From the sequence record OR413581.1: a stretch of DNA of 64,000 nucleotides; one strand, 5' to 3'. Position numbers and translations under genes: made by a program. How positions within the stretch are numbered: position 1 is the stretch's first letter; each line of letters opens with the position of its first letter. The notes beneath the pieces are model-generated. The model was not told the origin of the DNA, ran no database searches, and saw only the letters and a list, made by a program, of their open reading frames with translations. Positions 26,905 to 35,711 of this stretch are shown piece by piece.

Positions 26905-28159
26905 TGGGATTACCAACCAGATAAGCAACACAACGGGCGCAATAGAGAACAAAGTTAACGATGTTCAAAACCGTGTCCAGTCAACGATTGGTAATGCCGA
27001 GCGCGGTATTGAAAGTGCTCAAAATTTGTACAATAACGTAACCGCCAAAGCAGGGGAAACTTTCGACAAGATCTCCAACATTGGCAACACGATAAGTGAA
27101 AAATTTGGTAACGTGTTCGGGGGTGGCGACCAAGTCACGGTAGGTGGTAAAAAGGCAGCAGGTTCAGCGGCTTCCGGAGTATCGCCGCCACAACGTGTGC
27201 CTACTTTTGCTTCCAACACGAAAGAAGCGCTGCCAGTTATCGATCCACAGAAGCGCGATGTGTCCGAACCCTTTCAGAAGGTAAACCAGGAAGGGAAAAC
27301 TGCACTGAGCTATCTCTCACCGGGCGGCGCAGGTAGTCTGTTAAGTAAGGGATGGGATACACTGACTGATCTTCGCGATAGCGCTTTAAGCGCGGTCGGG
27401 ACAGATTATGCGTCAGTGAAAGCTCGCCTGGAGTCCACGATGAACATCGCGGGACAGCTTGCCAAACTGCCTGGTGAGGTACAGCGTGAAATCGGTAACT
27501 ACGTCGATATGGCCAATAGCGCCAAGTGGCAAGTCACCGCACTGATTGACGATGTTACGCACACGTTTGATAGCTTTAAGGACCTGGACGACTTCTTGTC
27601 TATCGACGGGATCATTGATAGCTTTACGGGCGGGAGTGGGAATTTCTCCTCGCTGGATATCAACACCTCGTCTGCGTTGATATACGGTATGTCCACAAAG
27701 CTCAATCAATACGGTCTGCCGAATCGCATCGATCCGATGATTCAGGCTATCACCGATCCTATTGCACAACAAGCGTTGTACGGCGAACTGATGATACAGG
27801 CTGCGGCTGCTGGCAATCTCAATTCTGTTGAGTATTACTTGCCTAAACTACAGCCAGGTCAAGGTGCTGAGATTGCAGATACTGTTATTCAGAATCTTCT
27901 GATGAACCTTAACGTTGAGCCGGGGGTGGGTTACAGCACCTACGGTCAGCGACTGCTGACGTTGTTTAATGCGCTTAATCCAAACTGGGATATCTCTAAA
28001 ACGAATCCTGGAATGGTTGAGCTTAAGCTTTACACGTACGCCAACAGTAATGCGATTCAAGCACTCCTGACCACCGAGAAACGTCCGTACGTTATCGCCG
28101 GTGGTAGTGTCCAATATCAGTCTGCCAGTACGCTGGTGCAGAGCTATTTCGCCTTGTAA
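26885..28159 (+). CDS. Putative virion structural protein
   Basis: 424 aa, low-complexity helical N-terminus; position matches SPN3US gp223 (recalled). Confidence 0.6.
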   Translation: MKLNNLDGITNQISNTTGAIENKVNDVQNRVQSTIGNAERGIESAQNLYNNVTAKAGETFDKISNIGNTISEKFGNVFGGGDQVTVGGKKAAGSAASGVSPPQRVPTFASNTKEALPVIDPQKRDVSEPFQKVNQEGKTALSYLSPGGAGSLLSKGWDTLTDLRDSALSAVGTDYASVKARLESTMNIAGQLAKLPGEVQREIGNYVDMANSAKWQVTALIDDVTHTFDSFKDLDDFLSIDGIIDSFTGGSGNFSSLDINTSSALIYGMSTKLNQYGLPNRIDPMIQAITDPIAQQALYGELMIQAAAAGNLNSVEYYLPKLQPGQGAEIADTVIQNLLMNLNVEPGVGYSTYGQRLLTLFNALNPNWDISKTNPGMVELKLYTYANSNAIQALLTTEKRPYVIAGGSVQYQSASTLVQSYFAL

Positions 28160-28168
28160 GGTACCTCT

Positions 28169-29020
28169 ATGTCGAAAGATGAAGGTAAGTTTTTGCGTAG
28201 TGCGTTGGAACGTCTACGTGTCGATGGTGCATCGGTGGATGCTTTGGCGGCTGCTTTTGGGTTTACGTTGCCCGCCTCGGTAGAAGCCACATATCCTGTT
28301 TTACGTCCCATCCTCCCGCCAGAAGAAAAGGAAGCCTTTGTACGCTATTTACTGCGTATGGGTTACCAGAGTACCTTGGTGGATATCACGCCGTCTACAG
28401 ACGGTCTGAATCACTTCAACATCTATTCGCAGGGGCGAACTGAGATAGGTCGGATGGCGAGTAACTTCTATGCTCGCCCTGGTGAGTATTTTGTTACCCC
28501 CCACGGACCTTTCCGGACGCTCGAAGGTTATTATCATTACCTGCGTATTCTGGATTACTTAATGCGTGAAATTGATAACCGCACTTTGGTGATGGAATTT
28601 GATATCATGCGACAGGCAGTGAACACCTGGCCTGATATTGAGAAGTTGCGTGCACTAGATGGCACCGACTGTATCCGGCTAGGTCGTAATCTGAAAGCGG
28701 AAATCTACGGAGGAACCAGTTATAAGCCCGGTTCATTTACCCCGGTTACAGAAAGCCGCTTTATCCATGCGCTGGTAAATAAACTCTTTATACTGTCGGT
28801 CGACGGGACATCGTTAGGTAATGTATTTGCAGAGATTCTGCGAGCACGTATCCCGCTTAAGCATTATTACATGATGCAAGGGCGTAAGATATTCCCAGCA
28901 CACTGGGACTGGCTACCAAATCTGATTGAGATGATAGCTGAATATATCGATCCTGAGGACAGTACGTTTGATCGAACCGAACTTTTGAAGAAACTAGGAA
29001 TCGATGATGGGACTATTTGA
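28169..29020 (+). CDS. NADAR-like protein (T4 gp30.3/YbiA-related)
   Basis: ASNFY..P..F..P.G.F.TLEGYY and L.G...I.LGR resemble NADAR LSNF..PF...G..F..LEG motifs. Confidence 0.55.
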   Translation: MSKDEGKFLRSALERLRVDGASVDALAAAFGFTLPASVEATYPVLRPILPPEEKEAFVRYLLRMGYQSTLVDITPSTDGLNHFNIYSQGRTEIGRMASNFYARPGEYFVTPHGPFRTLEGYYHYLRILDYLMREIDNRTLVMEFDIMRQAVNTWPDIEKLRALDGTDCIRLGRNLKAEIYGGTSYKPGSFTPVTESRFIHALVNKLFILSVDGTSLGNVFAEILRARIPLKHYYMMQGRKIFPAHWDWLPNLIEMIAEYIDPEDSTFDRTELLKKLGIDDGTI

Positions 29021-29666
29021 TATTCTCAAAAACTTAGACGAGCAGCAGGAAAAAGAAGTCATTACTGTTGCGCGTGAGTCCATCTCTACGGAGAAGGAAC
29101 GTGAGTATTGCATGTGGGTTAAACCCACTGAAGAAGGTTGGCAATGGCTGTTTGGTCAGACAGGTGAAACGTTCCTGGATGTCATCATGCCGGTCGTTAA
29201 CGGCAAACGTCGTGTGCGGTTGTCCACCGATAAAACCGCAGTCTTAACGTTAAAACGACAAGCATCTGATGGTCGTATCGAAGAGAACTCGGATATCGGG
29301 TTTGCCTCGGGTCTGACCTTCTACGAAGATGGCAATCTTGCACATCTCGTGCGTCGTATCAAACTCGAGCCAGGCGAGCTGGCAGAGCAAGGTGCGAAGC
29401 ATTGGGATATCGACTTGTTCTTTAAACTGGCAGGTCACCCAGTTATCGAATCGCAGGTAGGGTTTGAAGACCTTGTCAACGAACTGCGCGACTCCACGAC
29501 ATTCGGCGAGTGGGTAAAAGTCGAACTGGAAGTTGAGCGATTTGAGCTGACGTCTATCAAGGACGTATTGCCGTTTGCAGTAGAAGACGCTATTCCAGGC
29601 AACCCGTCGGATGCTGAAGCCCAGGAAGTCATTCGGAACTACTGGGATAATGAAACCCGCATCTAA
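29004..29666 (+). CDS. CYTH-like triphosphate tunnel metalloenzyme
   Basis: EKERE (ExExK-like), RRVRL, LTLKR, IEEN, RRIK, WDID, VELEVE. Confidence 0.68.
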   Translation: MMGLFDILKNLDEQQEKEVITVARESISTEKEREYCMWVKPTEEGWQWLFGQTGETFLDVIMPVVNGKRRVRLSTDKTAVLTLKRQASDGRIEENSDIGFASGLTFYEDGNLAHLVRRIKLEPGELAEQGAKHWDIDLFFKLAGHPVIESQVGFEDLVNELRDSTTFGEWVKVELEVERFELTSIKDVLPFAVEDAIPGNPSDAEAQEVIRNYWDNETRI

Positions 29667-29671
29667 GTCGT

Positions 29672-29706
29672 GCCCTCTCCTTCGGGAGAGGGTATCTTTA
29701 TTTTTT
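29672..29706 (+). terminator. Intrinsic terminator
   Basis: GCCCTCTCC-TTCG-GGAGAGGGT followed by a T-rich tract. Confidence 0.9.
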
Positions 29707-29724
29707 ATCTTAAGGAGTATGTAA

Positions 29725-30087
29725 ATGCAAATCGGCTTCTTCTTTAATCGTCACGGAATCGTGTTTGTTTGTGGTGTTCCGGATAGTGACGGGAGACGTG
29801 TACGCACGCTGGAACTAGACGAAGCGTCTAAAGTTGAATGGAAAGAGAAACTTGCTCCCTTCGCAGAAGGTAAGTTTCAACTGCTGCAGCTCTACACGCA
29901 AGCTGCGTCGCCACGCGTGGCTTTCTCTAGGCTTGGGGACAGTGAAGACACCACACACCTGGTTATCTTCAGTGGGCAGCCTGGTCGTGTATTGAGCGAA
30001 TTATTGATGGGATTCAACCCGCCTAGCAAGCCCAGGATGAATACGTACAATGTGCACGACAGTAGTCAAATTCTTATTCTTCGATAA
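29725..30087 (+). CDS. Hypothetical protein
   Basis: SD AAGGAG. Confidence 0.75.
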   Translation: MQIGFFFNRHGIVFVCGVPDSDGRRVRTLELDEASKVEWKEKLAPFAEGKFQLLQLYTQAASPRVAFSRLGDSEDTTHLVIFSGQPGRVLSELLMGFNPPSKPRMNTYNVHDSSQILILR

Positions 30088-30135
30088 TTTACGGCCACGG
30101 CTGTACGTATGTAAAAGACCTCAAGGAGAACTATA

Positions 30136-30558
30136 ATGAACAATATCGCGTTTGAAAAAGGCGTTGGCTTACTTCTGAACAACACCATCATCGCTGGCAC
30201 TAATAACGCTAACTGGGAAGCGTTAGCACAGCGTCTCAAAGACAAGCCTGTGAAGATTGTGGTAACGAGCGAGCTGCCGTTAAACGGCACGATGGCAGAC
30301 TGTGGTCCAATGTTTGCAGCGTTTAATGTCGACTATGATTGCGGCTCCGCTTTCTTACAAAACGCAGCGTTACGTAGCCGTCTGTACAGCTGGCGTTTGC
30401 TGGGTCCGGTAAGTAAAGCCGCTGGCCAGATGGTTAACCAAGGCACACCGATGTCGGGTGTAGAAGACCAGACTATCGCCGTTGTCGTTTCTCGCGCAAC
30501 CGGCCAGCTTAACTTTGCAATCTGCTACGCGTATCGGGAGGAAGAAGTCTGTGCCTAG
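30136..30558 (+). CDS. Hypothetical protein
   Basis: SD AAGGAG. Confidence 0.8.
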   Translation: MNNIAFEKGVGLLLNNTIIAGTNNANWEALAQRLKDKPVKIVVTSELPLNGTMADCGPMFAAFNVDYDCGSAFLQNAALRSRLYSWRLLGPVSKAAGQMVNQGTPMSGVEDQTIAVVVSRATGQLNFAICYAYREEEVCA

Positions 30559-31432
30559 CATCATTCAGCAAGTTCAGGCAGTCGAAGAGTGGTTTCGCAA
30601 GACAGATATTTACCAACAGAAAGCGACTGAACGTCAGTTGGTGAAGTATTACGTCACACTCGGCAGGATCTCAGCAGGTGTCGATGAACTGGATAACTTA
30701 AAGGTGGCTGCCGGTATCGGTGAATCGATTTGGACATTTGCCGCGCTGCTACACCTCGGTCCACATTCTAACCTCGGTGATATTGTCGTTCCGTTGAGTG
30801 ATGCGGTGTCTCTTCGTACTACAACTGGCACGAAAGAAGGACAACTGCAGCAGCTCATGTTAATTGCAGTCGAGACCGTTAGTGTTGTTTTGCGTGAACC
30901 AGAACCTGACCCTAAGAGTTATAGCGCGCTGCTTCGTAAGTTGATGAGACAGTATCAATTGTTGGCGTGTCGTTGCGGGCTGGAGTTTGACCGTGTTGTT
31001 TTTAATGGCCATCGTAAGCTCGTTAAGACGCCTGAAACGACAAGCACGCTCGGCGAACTGCTCAAAGCATCGTTGCCGTTATCCGACGATGATTTGGCGA
31101 AACAAACCTATCAGACGGTGTACAAAACCAACGAGTCAGTTCACGACATTATTGTAAATTGCCTTTTGGCCACATCGAATGATTTACAAACCGAACATAA
31201 CGGTGAAGTCGCCATGCCGCAGCTATTGCTGCGGATGGAGGACATTATGAACGAAAAGCTGCAAGAGCTTCTCAAGGCGCACTTTGAACCGTGGATAGTA
31301 AGAAAACAAATGTTGTTCAATCGTAACCCTCGTGTTGATGTTAAGTTCGACGGTAACGCTGTAAACATTTGTGCGAACGACGATTTAAGAGACATTTTGA
31401 ATTTATTGAAAGGAGAAACCAAACCGGTTTAA
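30551..31432 (+). CDS. Degenerate MazG-like protein
   Basis: W...I......QLVKYYVTLGRISAGV......AAGIGE aligns to the MazG-like protein at 35712 but lacks the acidic metal ligands; GTG 30551 with SD GGAGG. Confidence 0.55.
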   Translation: MPSIIQQVQAVEEWFRKTDIYQQKATERQLVKYYVTLGRISAGVDELDNLKVAAGIGESIWTFAALLHLGPHSNLGDIVVPLSDAVSLRTTTGTKEGQLQQLMLIAVETVSVVLREPEPDPKSYSALLRKLMRQYQLLACRCGLEFDRVVFNGHRKLVKTPETTSTLGELLKASLPLSDDDLAKQTYQTVYKTNESVHDIIVNCLLATSNDLQTEHNGEVAMPQLLLRMEDIMNEKLQELLKAHFEPWIVRKQMLFNRNPRVDVKFDGNAVNICANDDLRDILNLLKGETKPV

Positions 31433-31437
31433 CGATT

Positions 31438-32355
31438 ATGAAACGTGACGATAGAACATATCGCTCCTACGATCACATGAAACAGCGATGTCTTAATCCC
31501 AATAACCACGCATATCCTAGATACGGTGGCAGGGGAATTAAAATATGCGAACGATGGCTTGAGTCTTATGCCAATTTCCACGAGGATATGGGCACCAGGC
31601 CACCGAACACGAGTTTGGAAAGAAAAGATTCTAATAAAGATTATTCCCCAGATAACTGCGTCTGGGGGAATGATTTAGTTCAGAATAACAACAAGGACTC
31701 AACGAACTGGGCCACTCTTTACTACGACAATCAAAAAGGGTACAGCGACGACGAACTAAAAGATTACGAACAGATTGACGACCTGTGTGAGATACTGGAC
31801 GGACTTAAAAAGAAATACCCGCACTCGTCTATATCGGGTGGAATTAAACTGCTCGACAATCGAAACGGTATAGCGACATTCGCTATACTGAAAAAACTAG
31901 GGAAAATCCATATCAAACCAGGAGAAACATTTCATAAGCTAACCCCAATTGAACCGGTTAGCTTAGACAGTAAGAATCAAGTTAGATGGAAATGGTTGTG
32001 CAGTTGTGGGGGATACACGATTGCCAGACAGCATGATGTGTTTAGCGGTAATACGAAGTCGTGCGGATGTCTTCATCTTGAAAGAATCACGAAACACGGC
32101 CTTACTCGCGACGGAAAGAAGAAAACAAGAATTTATAAAGTCTGGGAATATACGCGTGCAAAATGTGAAAACCCTAACACGTCAACCTACAGTGGTTTTG
32201 GTGGGAAGGGTGTAACTGTCTGCGATCGGTGGAAAAAGCTAGAGCATTTTGTCGAAGACATGGGTATTCCCGAAGCCAAAAAATACACACTTGTGTTGAA
32301 AGACGGCGCAAAAGTATTTAACAAAGAAAACTGTTTCTGGAGAATAAAACAATGA
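31438..32355 (+). mobile_element. Free-standing HNH-type homing endonuclease gene with duplicated domain
   Basis: MKQRCLNP..YGGRGIKICERW..F..DMG.RP..SLERKD..DYSPDNCVW..Q.NNK; second copy KCENP..FGGKGVTVCDRW..F.EDMG..NCFW; CxC..SCGC motif; visibly A-rich codons; ATGA overlap with thyA. Confidence 0.82.
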
Positions 32356-33389
32356 AGCAATACCTTGAGATGATGCAGAATATTCTGGATGAAGGCCACG
32401 TTAAAGGTGACCGTACTGGAACAGGGACGCTTTCGGTCTTTGGTCGTCAGATGCGCTTTAATCTGCAGGAAGGCTTCCCATTAGTCACTACGAAAAAATG
32501 TCACATCCGTTCTATTATTCACGAACTGTTGTGGTTCCTTAGTGGTGACACCAATATCAAATATTTAAATGATAACGGGGTAACGATCTGGGATGAATGG
32601 GCTGACGAAAATGGTGCGCTTGGTGAACTCTATGGTGCACAATGGAGACGTTGGAAAGATGTGAAACTGGTGCCTAAGAAAAATGCAGCTTTACTCGAGA
32701 AACTGCAAGATGCAGGATACGTGGATTATGGCGACGCGGACGACGGTTCACAAATGTTCGATGCGCGTGTACTTCTGAAACTACACGACCAAATCTCTAA
32801 GGTGATTGACCAACTGCGTAACGATCCTGACAGTCGCCGTATTATTGTCAGCGCATGGAATGTGGGTGAGTTGGATCAAATGGCGTTAGCGCCGTGTCAT
32901 GCGTTCTTTCAGTTCTACACTCGTGAGCTGTCTATCGACGAGCGTCTTGATTGGTTTGAAAAGAACCTTCCAGATCAATTTAACGATTCCCGCTTTAGTA
33001 ATGAAGCTGTAGCAGATGACGCAGTGTTCCACGTTGAGATGGACGCACTTGAAATACCTCGCCGCATTCTTTCATGTCAGCTGTATGCACGTTCCCAAGA
33101 CTTCTTCCTGGGAACACCGTTCAACATCGCGTCTTACGCATTACTCGTACACATGGTAGCTCAGCAAGTTAACATGGTTCCAGGCGATTTCGTTTGGAGT
33201 GGTGGTGACGTACATCTGTACTCCAACCATCTGGAGCAGGCCAAGCTGCAGCTGACGCGTGAGCCGTTACCTTTACCGAAACTGATCATCAAGCGTAAAC
33301 CGGAATCTATCTTCGATTATAAATTCGAAGATTTTGAGATCGTTGGGTATCAGTCTCATGAAAAAATATCTGCGCCTGTCGCTATCTAA
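32352..33389 (+). CDS. thyA: Thymidylate synthase
   Basis: [41 protein letters not shown]; uninterrupted frame. Confidence 0.98.
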   Translation: MKQYLEMMQNILDEGHVKGDRTGTGTLSVFGRQMRFNLQEGFPLVTTKKCHIRSIIHELLWFLSGDTNIKYLNDNGVTIWDEWADENGALGELYGAQWRRWKDVKLVPKKNAALLEKLQDAGYVDYGDADDGSQMFDARVLLKLHDQISKVIDQLRNDPDSRRIIVSAWNVGELDQMALAPCHAFFQFYTRELSIDERLDWFEKNLPDQFNDSRFSNEAVADDAVFHVEMDALEIPRRILSCQLYARSQDFFLGTPFNIASYALLVHMVAQQVNMVPGDFVWSGGDVHLYSNHLEQAKLQLTREPLPLPKLIIKRKPESIFDYKFEDFEIVGYQSHEKISAPVAI

Positions 33390-33401
33390 TTAGGAGCGTT
33401 T

Positions 33402-33938
33402 ATGGTTGACAACGTCGTTCCATTCAAACCTAAAGTGGTGGTTGCTACGGACGAACCGCCGTTTATTCCTGTCAATGGACAGAAGATCATCGAGTTTCCA
33501 GACGAGCATCGTGGGCAATTGCACGTTCCACAACCGGACGGGACGATGAAAGCTATCGGTTTCCCGATAGCTGAACAAGAATGGTGGACGCTTCTGGCCA
33601 TCCAGATGATGTCGCGTGGTCTGGGTGTGTCTACGGAACCTGTCGTTCGCATTAATACCGACCCGTATATCCACGAACAAGGCAGTTGGATGGAACGACG
33701 TCGGACAATGGAGATGCAGATTAGCAAAGAAACGCTTTTGCAAATCGCAGAATCCACACCTTTCATCCTGACCTCATCTTTTAACGGGGATATGGATGAA
33801 GACCTCTACATGCACCTTTCAGGCTTAGCAGCTGAGCACCGTATTGCAGAAGAAGAGCCTATCTATACCGAAGCGATGATTATCCATCCGACCGGCTTAG
33901 AAGGTAATACCTTTAAACTGATTTGGGTGGAGCTATGA
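33402..33938 (+). CDS. Hypothetical protein
   Basis: SD AGGAG. Confidence 0.8.
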   Translation: MVDNVVPFKPKVVVATDEPPFIPVNGQKIIEFPDEHRGQLHVPQPDGTMKAIGFPIAEQEWWTLLAIQMMSRGLGVSTEPVVRINTDPYIHEQGSWMERRRTMEMQISKETLLQIAESTPFILTSSFNGDMDEDLYMHLSGLAAEHRIAEEEPIYTEAMIIHPTGLEGNTFKLIWVEL

Positions 33939-34186
33939 CTGACCGACTCAGTAAAACAATTCGACTACCACAACAGCGTAATGTTCGCAAAGGCGATGTT
34001 TTCACGGCGGAAGAATGGGTTGCATTAAAGGCCCTGTTCCCGGACGAAACCGATTCGCATGTCGTCCAAATGGCATTGAAGGAGTTTGCAAAGAACGCTC
34101 CTGAAATGCTGCTGCGTAAGAAAGAAGAAGAACTGAATATGCTCCGTAACAGCGTAGACGTTCTCTTTAAAACAATGGAGAAATAA
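33935..34186 (+). CDS. Hypothetical protein, possible ribbon-helix-helix DNA binder
   Basis: ATGA overlap; KTIRLP..AEEWVALK..ETDSHVVQMALKEF followed by a coiled coil. Confidence 0.6.
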   Translation: MTDRLSKTIRLPQQRNVRKGDVFTAEEWVALKALFPDETDSHVVQMALKEFAKNAPEMLLRKKEEELNMLRNSVDVLFKTMEK

Positions 34187-34187
34187 G

Positions 34188-34955
34188 ATGATGAAACTCT
34201 TTGCGTTCTCCGATGAATTCTACACGGTGGAATTCGACGACTACGAATACGGGTTATTAGGGGCCGTCGACATGGAGGACGCTAAACGGCAGCTTCCTAC
34301 TAGCGAAATAGAAGTCATTGAGATTGGGGAAACTAATCTTAGTGGGATTTTGATGCTGGGGCGGCGACCACGACCTGCGGAACCTGAGCAGGAAAGAGAG
34401 CAAGCGCAAGCGATTTGTCTGGTTTATGAGCCGATAGACCCTGCAGCGATAGCGAAGGTGGTCGATACACTACGGCCACAGATTGGCGTCGCGATTGAAA
34501 ATTATCGCTGGGCTCGTTTCTCAGGCGATACGCCGATATTTTCGAATAAGCACTGGTTGCTGTGTATCAACAACGACACGATAATGGTACCGTTAACAGG
34601 GGAGAAGAATTTTGAAGATAACTTCGTCCCTGGCGAAGAGTCTGTTATCTTCGAGTATACCCATGTCATCGGAAAGCCGAGCTTCTACCAAGTTCTGATT
34701 GATGTCTTGACTCACGTCGGTCGAACCATCGAATACCACTACTGGGCACGCCAGGCGCGTTCTAAATGGTTCTCGTTGACGTACGTCGAAGGTTGGGAAC
34801 GTGTTGTTGAAAAGATTGACGGGCGCTATGAGCAGATTTGGTTCCTGAACCCGGCTTTCCGTGAAGAATTACCCGCATGGGTAAAAGAAGAGGCGAGCAA
34901 GCTGACGGTTGGCTTTACTAAGCAGGGCGCGCCGTATATGGTTAACTACAAATAA
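34188..34955 (+). CDS. Hypothetical protein
   Basis: SD GGAG; 255 aa. Confidence 0.8.
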   Translation: MMKLFAFSDEFYTVEFDDYEYGLLGAVDMEDAKRQLPTSEIEVIEIGETNLSGILMLGRRPRPAEPEQEREQAQAICLVYEPIDPAAIAKVVDTLRPQIGVAIENYRWARFSGDTPIFSNKHWLLCINNDTIMVPLTGEKNFEDNFVPGEESVIFEYTHVIGKPSFYQVLIDVLTHVGRTIEYHYWARQARSKWFSLTYVEGWERVVEKIDGRYEQIWFLNPAFREELPAWVKEEASKLTVGFTKQGAPYMVNYK

Positions 34956-34966
34956 GGTGAAAACAG

Positions 34967-35446
34967 ATGTCTATAACTCGGATCGATTATCGTGCCGTAG
35001 TAAAAGAACTGTCCAAAGGTCTTATTGAACTGGACTCCGATGAAGCCCGCAGCTGTGGCTTCCTGCCACACATTGCACTGAGTGAGTTCCGTACCATCCG
35101 TTACGGTGCCGGTCGTCAGAAGGGCGTTACAACACACGCCGTTGATATGTCAGCAAAGTTCCACGGCAGCGTTCTGTATCTGGTCCACAATGAATCGTTA
35201 CGAAACGAAGTAGTGGAGAAATTCCATGAAAAGGCTGCCGGGAACGGTTGGTTGACCGTGCACTGTAACTACTTGCCTGAGGGTTGGAAACACGCGACGG
35301 GTGCTGGTATATCCGGCTACGAGAAATTCGGCTTGGTTATTGTCGACGAAGCGGGTTTCTTCTTCAACAAGTTCAGTTACGATAAAATCTATCGCAGTCT
35401 GGTTGACGTAGTAACGCCAGACGTTGTGATACACCTGATTAATTAA
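34967..35446 (+). CDS. Stand-alone terminase/helicase-like P-loop domain
   Basis: GAGRQKGVTT Walker A-like and LVIVDEA Walker B. Confidence 0.55.
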   Translation: MSITRIDYRAVVKELSKGLIELDSDEARSCGFLPHIALSEFRTIRYGAGRQKGVTTHAVDMSAKFHGSVLYLVHNESLRNEVVEKFHEKAAGNGWLTVHCNYLPEGWKHATGAGISGYEKFGLVIVDEAGFFFNKFSYDKIYRSLVDVVTPDVVIHLIN

Positions 35447-35458
35447 GTAGAGGAAAAT

Positions 35459-35647
35459 ATGGCTGGAGAACTCGGTCGTGGGCAAGCCACAACGTTCATG
35501 TATCGTGATGGGTTAGGTGCGGATGTAAACATGTCTCCGGATGACGAGATGGTTATCCCTGGACTTGACCCGGACGCAGGTGTGGAAGGTGGCGTTGACC
35601 CGTCGAAAGACGACGACAACTGCACCGGTGGTGCGTGCAAGATTTAA
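35459..35647 (+). CDS. 62-aa protein resembling the NrdA C-terminal redox tail
   Basis: SD GAGGA; ends DDDNCTGGACKI, compare E. coli NrdA DDGCESGACKI. Confidence 0.75.
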   Translation: MAGELGRGQATTFMYRDGLGADVNMSPDDEMVIPGLDPDAGVEGGVDPSKDDDNCTGGACKI

Positions 35648-35656
35648 AATACGTAT

Positions 35657-35693
35657 TAGGGTGTCCATATGGACACCCTACTTATTTTTTTTT
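35657..35693 (+). terminator. Intrinsic terminator (perfect 24-bp palindrome)
   Basis: TAGGGTGTCC-ATAT-GGACACCCTA then CTTATTTTTTTTT. Confidence 0.88.
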
Positions 35694-35711
35694 GTTTAAG
35701 GAGCTATCAAA

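Noticed and set aside
31411-31440. AAACCGGTTT palindrome possibly looping a distant SD (AGGAGA) to the HNH start
   Set aside because: The palindrome has no room for a loop and gives only a weak 4-bp hairpin; not supportable
32352-33389. Possible group I intron in thyA (as in T4 td), prompted by the adjacent endonuclease
   Set aside because: thyA is one continuous frame with all motifs; the endonuclease lies upstream and is free-standing
34967-35647. Possibility that the NrdA-like tail is the end of a frameshifted or pseudogenised nrdA
   Set aside because: Upstream sequence encodes an unrelated P-loop ORF, and the small ORF has its own SD and start
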